A stretch of DNA of 64,000 nucleotides from Longimicrobiales bacterium (GCA_965249725.1 CBDFMQ010000002.1:448001-512000); one strand, 5' to 3'. Counted from the stretch's first letter, positions 32,968 through 43,286 are shown. Notes: generated by a model from the sequence alone, not told the origin. Program-made: numbers and translations.

Positions 32968-34095
32968 ATGACCTCTCCGAACGCGACGTCTACTTCGGTC
33001 CAAAGCGGCGGCCAGACCTCGGACTACCGGGTGCTCGTTGGCCGTGGTTTGCTGGCCGCGCTTCCGGACCTGCTCCGGGAACACGCGCCGGCCCACCGCT
33101 ACGCCGTCATTACGGATTCGACCGTTGCCGATCTCTACGGCACCCCAGTGCTGGAGGCTCTCCGTGAGTCCGGCCTGGCGGCGGATCTGTTGTCCTTCCC
33201 CGCCGGGGAGCGGCACAAGACCCGAGCCCACTGGATGGACCTCACCGACGGCCTGCTCGAACGAGGCTTTGGACGGGATTCCTGTGTGGTGGCGCTTGGC
33301 GGTGGAGTCGTGGGGGATCTGGGCGGCTTCGTAGCAGCGACGTACATGCGGGGGGTGCCGGTCGTTCAGGTACCGACGAGCCTGGTAGCCATGGTCGATG
33401 CCTCGATCGGAGGAAAGACCGGGGTGGACGTCGAGTGGGGCAAGAACCTGGTCGGGGCCTTCCATGCACCGAACCTGGTGGTGGCCGATCCGGAGGTGAT
33501 CCGGACCTTGCCGCGCGAGGAGCGCGCTCAGGGTCTGGTGGAGGCGGTGAAGCACGGCGCCATCATGGACGGTCCCTACCTCGAGATGCTGGAGCAGAAC
33601 ATGGCCGCGTTGCTGGACGGCGAGGTCGACGCGGTCGAGCGAGCCGTCGCACGGTCCGTGGAGCTCAAGGCCGAGGTGGTTTCCGCAGACGAGCGGGAGG
33701 CGGGACGGCGCGAGATCCTCAACTTCGGGCATACTCTGGGACATGCGCTCGAGGGCGCTTCGGCATATGGCCTACCCCATGGAACGGCGGTCGCAGTGGG
33801 CATGTTCCTCGAGGCCCGTCTCGGAGAAGAATGCGGGGTGACCGAGGGCGGAGTCGCGGACCATCTCGCTCGCGTCGCCGAAACGCTCGAGCTGGATCTG
33901 GCGTTACCCGAAGGGGCCGCGCCGAACGAGATCGTGTCGTATCTTGGGCTCGACAAGAAAGCACGGCAGGGCCGACCGAAGTTTGTGCTTCTCTCGCGAA
34001 TCGGTATGGTGCACCGCACCGACGATTCATGGAGTCGGGCGGTAGACGACGACCTGGTGCGGGATTTGTTGAATTCGATGACCACGAAGGGGTGA
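32968..34095 (+). CDS. aroB: 3-dehydroquinate synthase
   Basis: GGGVVGDLGGF, PTSLVAMVDASIGGKTG, LNFGHTLGHALE. Confidence 0.96.
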   Translation: MTSPNATSTSVQSGGQTSDYRVLVGRGLLAALPDLLREHAPAHRYAVITDSTVADLYGTPVLEALRESGLAADLLSFPAGERHKTRAHWMDLTDGLLERGFGRDSCVVALGGGVVGDLGGFVAATYMRGVPVVQVPTSLVAMVDASIGGKTGVDVEWGKNLVGAFHAPNLVVADPEVIRTLPREERAQGLVEAVKHGAIMDGPYLEMLEQNMAALLDGEVDAVERAVARSVELKAEVVSADEREAGRREILNFGHTLGHALEGASAYGLPHGTAVAVGMFLEARLGEECGVTEGGVADHLARVAETLELDLALPEGAAPNEIVSYLGLDKKARQGRPKFVLLSRIGMVHRTDDSWSRAVDDDLVRDLLNSMTTKG

Positions 34096-34127
34096 TTCGG
34101 AGGATTGAGGCCTGTTGAAGGAGTACA

Positions 34128-35753
34128 GTGGTAGAACTCTCTAGCGGTGTAGCGGAGTTGGGCCGCGTGCCGAACCAGAGCGTGGCGAGCGTTCTTGCTG
34201 CGAGGGCGACGACAGATCCCGAAGGGGTGTTCCTGGTCCTGAACGACGAGCAGGTAACGTTCGGACAGTTGGAAAGCCGGGCAGAGGCTCTCACGGCCTC
34301 TCTCGCCGGACTCGGCATCGAGGCGGGTGACCGCGTCGCCGTCGTCATGCCCTCCTGGCCCGAGTTCGTCATCTCGATGTTCGCCGTGGCCAAGCTCGGC
34401 GCGGTTCTCGTGCCGCTGAACCCGCGAATCACCGCCACGGATCTCCAATACACTCTCCGGCACTCCGAGGCCGTGGCAGCCATCACGGCCGAGTCGCTCG
34501 GGGACCTCGACTTCCTGCAGCTCTTCGAAGACCTCCTGATTCAGCTCCCTGATCTTCAGTACCTGATTACCGTAGGTGATGAGGACCTCTGGTACGACGA
34601 TCGAATCTTCCAGTTCGAAGATCTGTTGTCTGCCGGTGGAGGTCGGGACTACGCGGCTCAGGCCGTCGAGCCGAGCGAAGACCTGTTCGCGGTTGTCTAC
34701 ACGTCGGGGACCACGGGAAAGCCGAAGGGCGTCGAGTTGACGCACAGCAACATCTTGGGGGTGGCAGCGAGTACCGCGGAGGCCCTCCGTTTGACTTCGG
34801 ACGATCGGGTAGTGGGAGTGACGGCCCTCTTCCACGTGTTCGGCCTGGGCCCGGGTGTGCTCGGGAGCCTGGTCTCGGGGTCGGCCTTGGTTCTCCAGGA
34901 CCAGTTCGGGGGCGCCGGTTCACTCGATCTGATCGAGCGCCACGGTGCGACCGTGCACCACGGCGTCCCGACGCTCTTCGCGACCGAGCTTCACGAGCAG
35001 AAGTCGCAGCCCCGTGATCTCTCTTCTCTCAGGGTGGGATTGGTAGCCGGAGCACCCGTGTCCGACGAATTCGTTTCGGCCGTCACCGAGTCCCTGTGCC
35101 CGGAACTGCTCGTGGCGTATTCCCTCACCGAGGCCTCGTCGACCGTCTGCATCACACGGTCGGACGACCCGGAGACCAAGCGTCTCTTCACGGTTGGCCG
35201 GCCCATCGAGGGCACCGAGGTGAAGATCCTCGATCCGGAGGGGGGAGAGGAGCTTCCGGTAGAGAGCGTAGGCGAGATCGGGGTGCGCGGACCGGGCGTA
35301 ATGAACGGTTACTACAGGCAGCCCAAGGAGACCGCGAACTCGTTCGACTCGGATGGGTTCTTCCTGACCGGCGACCTGGGGATGATAGACGAAGAGGGCT
35401 ACGTCCATTTGGTCGGTCGTCAGAAAGAGGTTATCATCCGCGGTGGCTACAACGTTTACCCCCGGGAAGTTGAGGATAGACTTCACTCTCACCCGGCGGT
35501 GCGGGAGGCCGTGGTGGCCGGAGTCCCAGATGATATTCTGGGAGAAGCCATCTGCGCGTGCGTCGTTCCCGACGAGGGCGCCATCGTTACCGGTCAGGAA
35601 GTCTTAGACTGGTGCGCGGCAACGCTCGCGGACTACAAGGTTCCCGATCTGGTCCACTTTGTGGACGATTTTCCAATGACGGGCACCGGCAAGGTCCGAC
35701 GAGTAGAGCTCTCACGCAGAGTTCGGGCGGAGCACGAGCGCTACAAGACATGA
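34128..35753 (+). CDS. Class I adenylate-forming enzyme (acyl-CoA ligase-like)
   Basis: [36 protein letters not shown]. Confidence 0.93.
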   Translation: MVELSSGVAELGRVPNQSVASVLAARATTDPEGVFLVLNDEQVTFGQLESRAEALTASLAGLGIEAGDRVAVVMPSWPEFVISMFAVAKLGAVLVPLNPRITATDLQYTLRHSEAVAAITAESLGDLDFLQLFEDLLIQLPDLQYLITVGDEDLWYDDRIFQFEDLLSAGGGRDYAAQAVEPSEDLFAVVYTSGTTGKPKGVELTHSNILGVAASTAEALRLTSDDRVVGVTALFHVFGLGPGVLGSLVSGSALVLQDQFGGAGSLDLIERHGATVHHGVPTLFATELHEQKSQPRDLSSLRVGLVAGAPVSDEFVSAVTESLCPELLVAYSLTEASSTVCITRSDDPETKRLFTVGRPIEGTEVKILDPEGGEELPVESVGEIGVRGPGVMNGYYRQPKETANSFDSDGFFLTGDLGMIDEEGYVHLVGRQKEVIIRGGYNVYPREVEDRLHSHPAVREAVVAGVPDDILGEAICACVVPDEGAIVTGQEVLDWCAATLADYKVPDLVHFVDDFPMTGTGKVRRVELSRRVRAEHERYKT

Positions 35754-35888
35754 AGTACAGCCGGGCACTCTGATACCGGCCCCCCTTACCCCTACCAGAT
35801 TCGACTGTCGAAACGGACACGATGACCTGGTGTGGGTGGGGAGGTCTTGCGAGTGCAGCCGGCACACACGCATCGCAAGAAGGAACCA

Positions 35889-38105
35889 ATGAATCAGTAC
35901 AGTCAGGCCCCCCATGTAGAGGGGCCCAGCAAGGCCATGGCCGACGCCCCCAATGCGGCCCTCCTCATCGACTTCGACAACGTCACGATGGGGATGCGGA
36001 GTGACCTCTCCAAGGAACTGAAGAGCCTCCTCCAGTCCGACGTCATTCGCGGCAAGGTCACCGTGCAGCGGGCCTACGCCGATTGGCGTCGCTACCCGCA
36101 GTACATCGTCCCGCTTTCCGAAGCCTCCGTCGACCTGATCTTCGCTCCCGCGTATGGGAGCTCGAAGAAGAACGCCACCGATATTCGGATGGCCATCGAC
36201 GGTGTCGAGCTCGTCTTCATCCGTCCCGAGATCGGGACCTACATTCTCCTGACGGGTGATTCCGACTTCTCGAGCCTCGTCTTGAAGCTCAAGGAGTACG
36301 GTAAGTACGTCATCGGCGTGGGAATCCAGGAGTCCAGCTCCGACATTCTCGTGCAGAACTGCGACGAGTACTACTCGTACACGAGCCTGACCGGTCTGCG
36401 GAAGACCACCGACAGTGTCGGCAAGCCCGCGGATCCCTGGGAGTTGGTGGGCGAGGCCCTTTCCCGGATGACCAAACGGAACGACGTCATGCGGTCGGAC
36501 CGCCTCAAGCAGGTGATGATCGAGCTCGACCCGACCTTCGACGAGGGGGGCTTCGGATTCAGCAAATTCTCCAAGTTCCTGGCGGAGGCCGCATCGCGCG
36601 GGATCGCCCAGCTCCACAAGCTCGAAAACGGGCAGTACGAGGTGAAGCCGGCTCGCAAGGGCGCGAGCACGTCGTCGTCGGACAGCGGCACCCGCGAGCG
36701 TAAGGGCCGGGGCCCCGCCGCCCGTAGAACGAGATCGGGGAGGCCGGAGCGGTCCGGGAGGCCGGAACGATCCGAGAGGGAGGAACGGTCCGAAACGTCT
36801 GATGCGTCCGCGGGGGCATCGGAGTCCGCCTCATCGAGCGAGACCGGCGGGGATCCGCTCCGTGACGCCTATGACCTGATGCTGGCCTGCCTGCGCACGC
36901 TCAAAGAGAAGGGCCGGGATTCGGTCCGTGATTCCGACGTCAAGCGGAAGATGCTCGAGCGTGCATCCGGGTTCGATGAGGCCGAACTGGGGTTCGCCAA
37001 GTTCAGCAAGTTCCTGCTGCAGGCCGAGGAGCACGGCGTGGTCCGCCTGGAGAAGACCGAGACGGGCAACTATCGGGTCTCCCTCAATGAGGGCGACGTG
37101 GGCGACGTGGACGGCGAGCCGCGGCAGGCTGATGAGCCGTCTCGTGAGCCGGTAGCATCGACGGCGGAGACGACGGTGGAGACGACGGCGGAGTCGCCGG
37201 TGGAGTCTCGAGGCGCAGAGGAGGGTCGCGCGCCGGCGGGTGATCCGGCGAGGGACCCAGCGGGTGGTAGGGGACGGACCAGTCAGACGAGCCAGGCGGC
37301 CGCGGGTCGTCTAGGCCCCCGCGGCGGATCGGGACGGCGCCGCGACGCGGACGGCCCCGTGCTCTTCGAGGGCCAGGCAGTCGGCAAGAGCACGGGTGCG
37401 AGCGGCTCGTCTCAGAGTTCTGGAGCAGGGCAGGTGCCGGTGAGCGCCTTGGACCTGCCTACCGGCAGCGACGCGATGATCGGTTATCTGACCAACTCCT
37501 ATAAGGGAGTCGGCAAGAAGACGGCTGAAGCCCTGGTCGGGGCATTCGGGGACTCGCTCTTCGAGGTCTTTCAGAACTCGCCCAAGCGGGTGAACGAGGT
37601 CGTGCCCCGACGGGCCGAGCAGGTCCTGGCGGAATGGCGTACGGACTACGCGAGGCGCACAGAAAGCGCCGGCGGTGCCGCTGCGTCGGCCCCGTCACCT
37701 GGCGTTGGCCGCGAAAAGGCCGAGCAGCGTGGTCCCCAGAGAGACCGTCAGCCTCGCGGAGGAAGGTCCTCCGGGGGACAGCGCCAGTCGCAGGGGAGGG
37801 GCGCGGCTAGGGTGCAGAGCCAGCCTCAGGGAGGAAGCTCGTCCAGGGAGCAGAGCCCGCCGCAGGGAGGTCGCTCGTCCGGGGAGCAGCGCCCGCCGCA
37901 GGGAGGTCGTCCACCCAGAGAGGAACGTCAGCCCTTGGCCGAGCAGCCGCCCACTGAGAGACAGCAGGACGTCTCTGTGAGCACCGAGCCGGACCGTGAG
38001 GGGCAGTCCTCCTCCAGAGCGGTGCCGCGAGGTCGTGGTGGGGCGCGGAGAACACGTCGCGGATCGAGGCGAGATTCGCCCGGTTCCGACAACGAAGCGA
38101 GCTGA
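35889..38105 (+). CDS. NYN-domain ribonuclease with two LOTUS/OST-HTH domains, an HhH-like domain and disordered linkers
   Basis: LLIDFDNV, RAYADW, KNATDIRMAID, LTGDSDF (NYN); FDEGGFGFSKFSKFL and FDEAELGFAKFSKFL (LOTUS); YKGVGKKTAEALV (HhH). Confidence 0.88.
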   Translation: MNQYSQAPHVEGPSKAMADAPNAALLIDFDNVTMGMRSDLSKELKSLLQSDVIRGKVTVQRAYADWRRYPQYIVPLSEASVDLIFAPAYGSSKKNATDIRMAIDGVELVFIRPEIGTYILLTGDSDFSSLVLKLKEYGKYVIGVGIQESSSDILVQNCDEYYSYTSLTGLRKTTDSVGKPADPWELVGEALSRMTKRNDVMRSDRLKQVMIELDPTFDEGGFGFSKFSKFLAEAASRGIAQLHKLENGQYEVKPARKGASTSSSDSGTRERKGRGPAARRTRSGRPERSGRPERSEREERSETSDASAGASESASSSETGGDPLRDAYDLMLACLRTLKEKGRDSVRDSDVKRKMLERASGFDEAELGFAKFSKFLLQAEEHGVVRLEKTETGNYRVSLNEGDVGDVDGEPRQADEPSREPVASTAETTVETTAESPVESRGAEEGRAPAGDPARDPAGGRGRTSQTSQAAAGRLGPRGGSGRRRDADGPVLFEGQAVGKSTGASGSSQSSGAGQVPVSALDLPTGSDAMIGYLTNSYKGVGKKTAEALVGAFGDSLFEVFQNSPKRVNEVVPRRAEQVLAEWRTDYARRTESAGGAAASAPSPGVGREKAEQRGPQRDRQPRGGRSSGGQRQSQGRGAARVQSQPQGGSSSREQSPPQGGRSSGEQRPPQGGRPPREERQPLAEQPPTERQQDVSVSTEPDREGQSSSRAVPRGRGGARRTRRGSRRDSPGSDNEAS

Positions 38106-38117
38106 CCGGAAGACCTC

Positions 38118-38777
38118 ATGACCCCGGGGTCGGCGAGCCTAACGCTGGGCGAACCGTCCCTCGAAGTGCTCGACCGTGACTTCTTCGCCCGGTCGGCTGA
38201 GGACGTGGCTCCGGACCTGCTCGGTACTCGGTTGGTCTCCACCGTGGATGGGCGGCGCACCGAAAGCGTGATCGTCGAGGTCGAGGCCTATCTCGGCCCG
38301 TCCGACCCGGCTTCACACGCATCGACCAGGAACGGCCGGACGCGACGCAACGCCACCATGTTCGGTCCGCCCGGACTCGCCTACGTGTATCTCAGCTATG
38401 GGATCCATTGGTGCCTCAACGTGGTGACCGGTGTGGACGGCGTGGCCGGTGCCGTGCTCATTCGGGCGGTGGACCCGGTGGACGGGTTGGATGTCATGTC
38501 CGACCGCCGCGGCCGATCGCAGGATCTCGGCTCGGGTCCGGGTCGCGTGGGTCAGGCGCTGGGTGTCACGAAGGCGCTGGATGGACACGACCTCTCGGCC
38601 CCTCCGCTCAGGCTCCTGGCGGGCTGGCCTGTGGAGCCTTCCACCGTCGCAGTATCCCCCCGGATCGGGATATCCCGGGCAAAACAACGGCCGCTTCGCT
38701 TCTATGTATCGGGCAATCCATGTGTGTCCCGAAGTCGAGGCGGTCAATCGCTTGAACGGCCTTTTGCGGGACGGTAA
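38118..38777 (+). CDS. DNA-3-methyladenine glycosylase (MPG/AAG type)
   Basis: IVEVEAYLG..DPASH, YVYLSYGIHWCLNVV, AVLIRA, SPRIGIS. Confidence 0.93.
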   Translation: MTPGSASLTLGEPSLEVLDRDFFARSAEDVAPDLLGTRLVSTVDGRRTESVIVEVEAYLGPSDPASHASTRNGRTRRNATMFGPPGLAYVYLSYGIHWCLNVVTGVDGVAGAVLIRAVDPVDGLDVMSDRRGRSQDLGSGPGRVGQALGVTKALDGHDLSAPPLRLLAGWPVEPSTVAVSPRIGISRAKQRPLRFYVSGNPCVSRSRGGQSLERPFAGR

Positions 38778-38825
38778 CTTTAGCGTGCCAAATCGTTGAA
38801 CGGCAATGAATTGGAGTAGAGGACC

Positions 38826-39575
38826 TTGAATATCATCGTATGCATAAAGCGGGTGCCGGACACGGAGACACGCATCCGCCTGGCGGATGGCGAAAAGGAC
38901 ATCGATTCGGGCGGGGTGAAGTACGTCATGAGCCCCTATGACGAGTTCGCTCTCGAGGCCGCTCTCCGCATGAGGGACGAGCGGGGTGAGAGCGAAGTAA
39001 CCGTGTTGACTCTCGGTGAAGACAGTGCCCAGGAGACGCTGCGCGCGGGTCTGGCCGTGGGTGCGGATGCCGCCGTCCTTCTCAAGGGAACCGTCACCAT
39101 GGACGGCCTCGCCACTGCGAAGGTCCTGGCTGCGGAACTCGAGGACCGGGATGCCCCGCTCGTGCTCTTCGGGGTCAAGGCGGCCGACGACGACCAACAG
39201 CAGGTTGGCCCCATGGTCGCGACGCTCCTTGATCGTGCGTGTACGTCGAACGTGACGAGCTTCGAGCTCGGTGACGGAGTGGTGACGTGCCGTCGGGAGG
39301 TCGAGGGAGGTACCGAGGTGGTCGAGCTGCAGCTGCCGGCTGTGGTGTCCATAACGAAGGGGGCATTCGAGCCTCGCTATGCCTCGTTGAAGGGGATCAT
39401 GGCGGCGAAGAAGAAGCCCCTCGAGCAGAAGGATGTCGAGGTGCCCGAGAGCCGCCTCACGGTTGAACGACTGGAGTATCCCGCCGCTCGGGCCGAGGGC
39501 CGCATTGTCGGCGAAGGTGCCGAAGCCGTGCCCGAATTGGTGCGCCTCCTTCGCGAGGAGGCCAACGCTCTCTAG
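38826..39575 (+). CDS. etfB: Electron transfer flavoprotein beta subunit
   Basis: VCIKRVPDT, SPYDEFALE, EPRYASLKGIMAAKKK. Confidence 0.95.
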   Translation: MNIIVCIKRVPDTETRIRLADGEKDIDSGGVKYVMSPYDEFALEAALRMRDERGESEVTVLTLGEDSAQETLRAGLAVGADAAVLLKGTVTMDGLATAKVLAAELEDRDAPLVLFGVKAADDDQQQVGPMVATLLDRACTSNVTSFELGDGVVTCRREVEGGTEVVELQLPAVVSITKGAFEPRYASLKGIMAAKKKPLEQKDVEVPESRLTVERLEYPAARAEGRIVGEGAEAVPELVRLLREEANAL

Positions 39576-39616
39576 CTGATCCTGTACTTCAGACTGAATA
39601 GCATCGGAGACTAGCA

Positions 39617-40603
39617 ATGGGCGACATTCTCGCCTTCGCGGAACAGAAGGCCGGCCAGATCAGAGCAGCGGCGCACAAAGTGGTATCAACGGCCGCAACC
39701 ACGTCGGCGGAGTTGGGTGGTTCGGCGCACGCATTGGTACTGGGCGGACCCGGGGTCGCAGATGCGGCGGCTGGGCTGGGAGCCTTCGGAGCCGCGAGCG
39801 TCCGGGTAGCCCAAGACGAGGCGCTATCCGAGTATTCGCCGGATGTCTATGCCTCTGTCGTGGCTGAGGCTGCTCGGGCGGGCGGCTACGACGCGGTGCT
39901 CTTTCCGGCCACGGCCCAGGGGAAGGATCTTGCGCCCCGGGTGGCCGCCCTTCTCGACGCACCCATGGCGTCGGACATCACTCGTCTGGAGGCGGACGGT
40001 GGAGAGCTCGTAGCCGTGCGACCGATCTATGCGGGCAAGGCGCTTGCCCGGATCAGGTTCCAGTCCTCCCCCTGTGTCATGTCTCTGCGCCCGAATTCGT
40101 TCGGAGCTCAGGAGGTCGACGGCGCGGGTGCGGTCGAAGTTCTCAGTCCGACGATTCCGACGAGCAATGGGACGCGCACGGTGGAGTTCCAGGGTGCCGA
40201 GGGGGGATGGGTAGACGTGTCCGAGGCGAGCGTGGTCGTTGCTGGCGGGAGGGGCATGAGGGAGGCCGAGCAGTGGAAGCTCCTGGAAAACCTCCGAGAC
40301 GCCCTCGGTCCAGGAACGGCTCTCGGCGCATCTCGCGCCGTGGTAGACGCGGGCTGGCGGCCCCACTCGGAGCAGGTTGGTCAGACGGGTAAGACGGTCG
40401 CTCCGGCACTGTACTTCGCGATCGGCATTTCAGGGGCCATTCAGCACCTGGCCGGGATGAGGACGTCTCAGACCATCGTAGCCGTGAACAAGGATGCGGA
40501 TGCACCGATCTTCGGTGTGGCCGACTACGGGATCGTGGGGGATGCCTTCGAGGTGCTGCCGCGCCTGACCCAGGAGATCGCGGCTCTGCGGGCCGAGGGG
40601 TAG
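39617..40603 (+). CDS. etfA: Electron transfer flavoprotein alpha subunit
   Basis: GASRAVVDAGW, QVGQTGK, GISGAIQHLAGM. Confidence 0.96.
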   Translation: MGDILAFAEQKAGQIRAAAHKVVSTAATTSAELGGSAHALVLGGPGVADAAAGLGAFGAASVRVAQDEALSEYSPDVYASVVAEAARAGGYDAVLFPATAQGKDLAPRVAALLDAPMASDITRLEADGGELVAVRPIYAGKALARIRFQSSPCVMSLRPNSFGAQEVDGAGAVEVLSPTIPTSNGTRTVEFQGAEGGWVDVSEASVVVAGGRGMREAEQWKLLENLRDALGPGTALGASRAVVDAGWRPHSEQVGQTGKTVAPALYFAIGISGAIQHLAGMRTSQTIVAVNKDADAPIFGVADYGIVGDAFEVLPRLTQEIAALRAEG

Positions 40604-40662
40604 GGCGGGTCAGGGGGAAGCCCCTCAGAAGAACGTCAGAGGGGGACGTCAGAGGGGCGACG

Positions 40663-41118
40663 TCAGGGCCCGGGAGGGCCTCCGAGCATCGCTACGGGGT
40701 CGAGTTGGACCCCTCGCCGCCAGATCTCGAAGTGGAGATGCGGCCCGGTGGCGTTCCCCGTGCTTCCGCTGAGGCCAACGATGTCGCCCTTGGCGAGTTG
40801 ATCACCCGCCTCGACCGAGAGTTCGGAGAGGTGCGCGTAGACCGTCACCACCTCGTCGTCATGGTCCAGCCAGACCACTAGACCAAAGTCTTCCATGGTG
40901 CCGGAGAAACGCACCCGTCCGTCGTTCATGGCGGCAACCGGAGTCCCGACCGGCACCAGGATGTCCACTCCTCGATGCATGTCGGGGAGGGCACCGTCCC
41001 ACCGTACTCCGAAGGGGGCTCCGAGAGGGCCCTCTACGGGCCATCGGGAGATGCTGCAGCCCGCCACCAGGGCCACGCAGAGCAGTGCGAGTGCCGGGGT
41101 GGCGTGCCGAGGCCTCAC
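40663..41118 (-). CDS. M23-family metallopeptidase lipoprotein
   Basis: LVAGC lipobox, HRGVD, YAHLS, TGPHLHFE. Confidence 0.92.
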   Translation of the reverse strand: MRPRHATPALALLCVALVAGCSISRWPVEGPLGAPFGVRWDGALPDMHRGVDILVPVGTPVAAMNDGRVRFSGTMEDFGLVVWLDHDDEVVTVYAHLSELSVEAGDQLAKGDIVGLSGSTGNATGPHLHFEIWRRGVQLDPVAMLGGPPGP

Positions 41119-42443
41119 GCCTCGGCTGACCCGAGCGGTGGTGACCCGAACAACGGTGACCCGTCTGACAGTCCGGGTGTGTAGTCCAGGAGGATGACAT
41201 CCACGGGCGAACCCTGGCTGATGACCTCGACCCCTTCGGGTATGACGGCCAGACCGTCCGCCGAACCCAGGCTGTTGACCAACCCGGAGCCCTGAGGACC
41301 CGTCAGGGAGGCCAGGGTAGCTTCCCCGCGCCGGCTCAGTTCCACCCGCAAGAAGCCGGTGATCCCGGCGGAGGCACGGAGGTCCTCGGCTGCGCGCGCC
41401 GAGACCACGGTCCGGTGAACTCTGGTGTGCCCTGCCAGTGCCATGAGAAACGGACGCACCAGGATCTCGAAGGTCACGAATGTGGATGCCGGGTTGCCGG
41501 GGAGGCCGAACACAGCCTGGTCCATGCGTCCCTCTCGGGGCAGATGTCCAAAGCTCGTCGGCGTACCCGGACGCAGCTTCACGCGCCAGAAGTCCAATCG
41601 AAAGCCGGTGTCATCGAGCACCCTCTTGAAGAGATCTCCTTCTCCCATCGAGGCCCCGCCGAGGGTCACCAGAACATCTGCGTCTCGGGCCTTCTTGATG
41701 TGGGCCCGGATGTCCTCGGGATTGTCTTTGGCGATTCCCACCCGTAGCGGCGTACAACCCGCCCGTTGGACCGCGGCGGCAACGACCCGGCTGTTGCTCT
41801 CGGGAATCCGGTGGGGGCCGGGGGGACCGAGCTCGATATCGTGGAGCTCGTCACCGCTCGCGAGAATCGCCACTAGCGGCTTCCTCCGCACCGTCACCTT
41901 GGCGGCGTGTCCGCTGGCCAGCACGCCGATCTGACCCGGGCCGATGGCGGTACCGGCCTCCAGAATGATGTCACCTTCGCTCCAATCCTCCGAGGCCGGC
42001 CTTATGTGTCTCCCCTCGTCACGGTCTGCTTGGATGAGGACGCGCCCCGGGGTCCCGTGCTCGCGATCGGTGTCTTCGACTCGAACGATCGTATCTGCCC
42101 CCTCGGGCACGGGCCCGCCGGTCATGATCCGTACGGCCTGTCCCTCGCCTACCACTTCCTCGAAGCGCGTGGCCGCGAGCACAGCCCCTACGACGGCGAG
42201 CGCGACGGGTTCGTCAAGACTCGCGCCGGTGATGTCGGCACCGCGAACGGCGTACCCGTCCATGGCGCTGTTCTTCCAGGGCGGAAGGCCTGTCGGGGCG
42301 ATGAGGTCAGCTGCGAGAACTCTTCCGAGGGAGTCCGGCAGGAGAACTTCTTCGAGGTCGAGCGGTGAGGCGGCAGCGAGGATGCGCCTCATCGCGTCAG
42401 AGACAGAGAGCCAATCGGCAGGTCTGGACTCGAAGTCCGTCAT
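41115..42443 (-). CDS. moeA: Molybdopterin molybdotransferase MoeA
   Basis: SAMDGYA, IMTGGPVPEGAD, SGDEL, FGLPGNP; start re-called at MTDFES. Confidence 0.94.
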   Translation of the reverse strand: MTDFESRPADWLSVSDAMRRILAAASPLDLEEVLLPDSLGRVLAADLIAPTGLPPWKNSAMDGYAVRGADITGASLDEPVALAVVGAVLAATRFEEVVGEGQAVRIMTGGPVPEGADTIVRVEDTDREHGTPGRVLIQADRDEGRHIRPASEDWSEGDIILEAGTAIGPGQIGVLASGHAAKVTVRRKPLVAILASGDELHDIELGPPGPHRIPESNSRVVAAAVQRAGCTPLRVGIAKDNPEDIRAHIKKARDADVLVTLGGASMGEGDLFKRVLDDTGFRLDFWRVKLRPGTPTSFGHLPREGRMDQAVFGLPGNPASTFVTFEILVRPFLMALAGHTRVHRTVVSARAAEDLRASAGITGFLRVELSRRGEATLASLTGPQGSGLVNSLGSADGLAVIPEGVEVISQGSPVDVILLDYTPGLSDGSPLFGSPPLGSAEA

Positions 42444-42445
42444 CC

Positions 42446-43144
42446 TCAGAGACGCCAACTGGCTCCGAGGGAGAGGCTCTTGGCCGACACCCACTCGTCC
42501 TCCGGGAACACTCCGAGGTCGGTGTCGTCGGTGATCCACCCCGCCGGCGTGCTGATCTTCCATAGGTTCATCACGCCGTCGACCCGTAGCATGAGCTTCG
42601 ACGAGAGATGGAGGTTGATACCGCTCCCCAGGGCGGCGATGAACTTGCTCCCGAAGTCGTACCGGTCCACCAACAGCATGTTGGCTTCGTCCTCCAAGGT
42701 GCGGTCCAGATTGCTGCTCAATGCCATGCCCCCCCCGAACGAGACGAAGGGTTGGAGGCCTCTCCAACTTCTCTGGCCCGTCAGGTTGATCCTGAGACGG
42801 ACCTGGAAGGCCAACAGGTCGATCGAGGACTCCCCGAGAAGCTGATTCTCCTCGCTCTCGCGAATGTCGATCACGTCTCGTAGGCCCTTGAAGAAGGTGG
42901 CATCGCCTTCGAACGCCAAGGCGCTCCCGAAGCTGACCGAGTAGCGACCGCCGAGTGCGTCCGCCGATTTTGGCCCCACTCCGAGTTGCCCTGGATTGAG
43001 ACTGGTGACGCCCGCGAACAAGCCGCCCTCCTGAGAGTGCTCGATGAACCGGTAGGCCGAGGGAATACTCTGGGCGGTCACCTGGCGGGACTGGAGCAGG
43101 ATCGCGCAGGACAGCAGCGCGAAAATCGTTCTTGGGAGTGGCAT
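42446..43144 (-). CDS. Putative outer-membrane beta-barrel protein
   Basis: Signal peptide, alternating amphipathic strands, C-terminal SLSLGASWRL beta-signal-like end. Confidence 0.6.
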   Translation of the reverse strand: MPLPRTIFALLSCAILLQSRQVTAQSIPSAYRFIEHSQEGGLFAGVTSLNPGQLGVGPKSADALGGRYSVSFGSALAFEGDATFFKGLRDVIDIRESEENQLLGESSIDLLAFQVRLRINLTGQRSWRGLQPFVSFGGGMALSSNLDRTLEDEANMLLVDRYDFGSKFIAALGSGINLHLSSKLMLRVDGVMNLWKISTPAGWITDDTDLGVFPEDEWVSAKSLSLGASWRL

Positions 43145-43286
43145 AAAAGCTGGTTCGACGTTTCGTTTAGTGATATTTGACGACTGCCACCGGCCGAAAC
43201 AGATTCGTCCAAGTGACGTCGGCCCTCGTCCAGAGGGCCGGAAGATCACCCTTTCAACACCGTCTGTCGAGGATCGTTTCAGGAAG

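Noticed and set aside
35765..35856. GCACTC...GAGTGC as a CIRCE element
   Set aside because: The arms are about 80 bp apart instead of 9 and lack the TTA/TAA flanks; better explained as part of a long hairpin.
40633..40666. ACGTCAG x3 between etfA and the M23 gene
   Set aside because: Irregular spacing (13 and 14 bp) between convergent gene ends; likely local slippage duplication.
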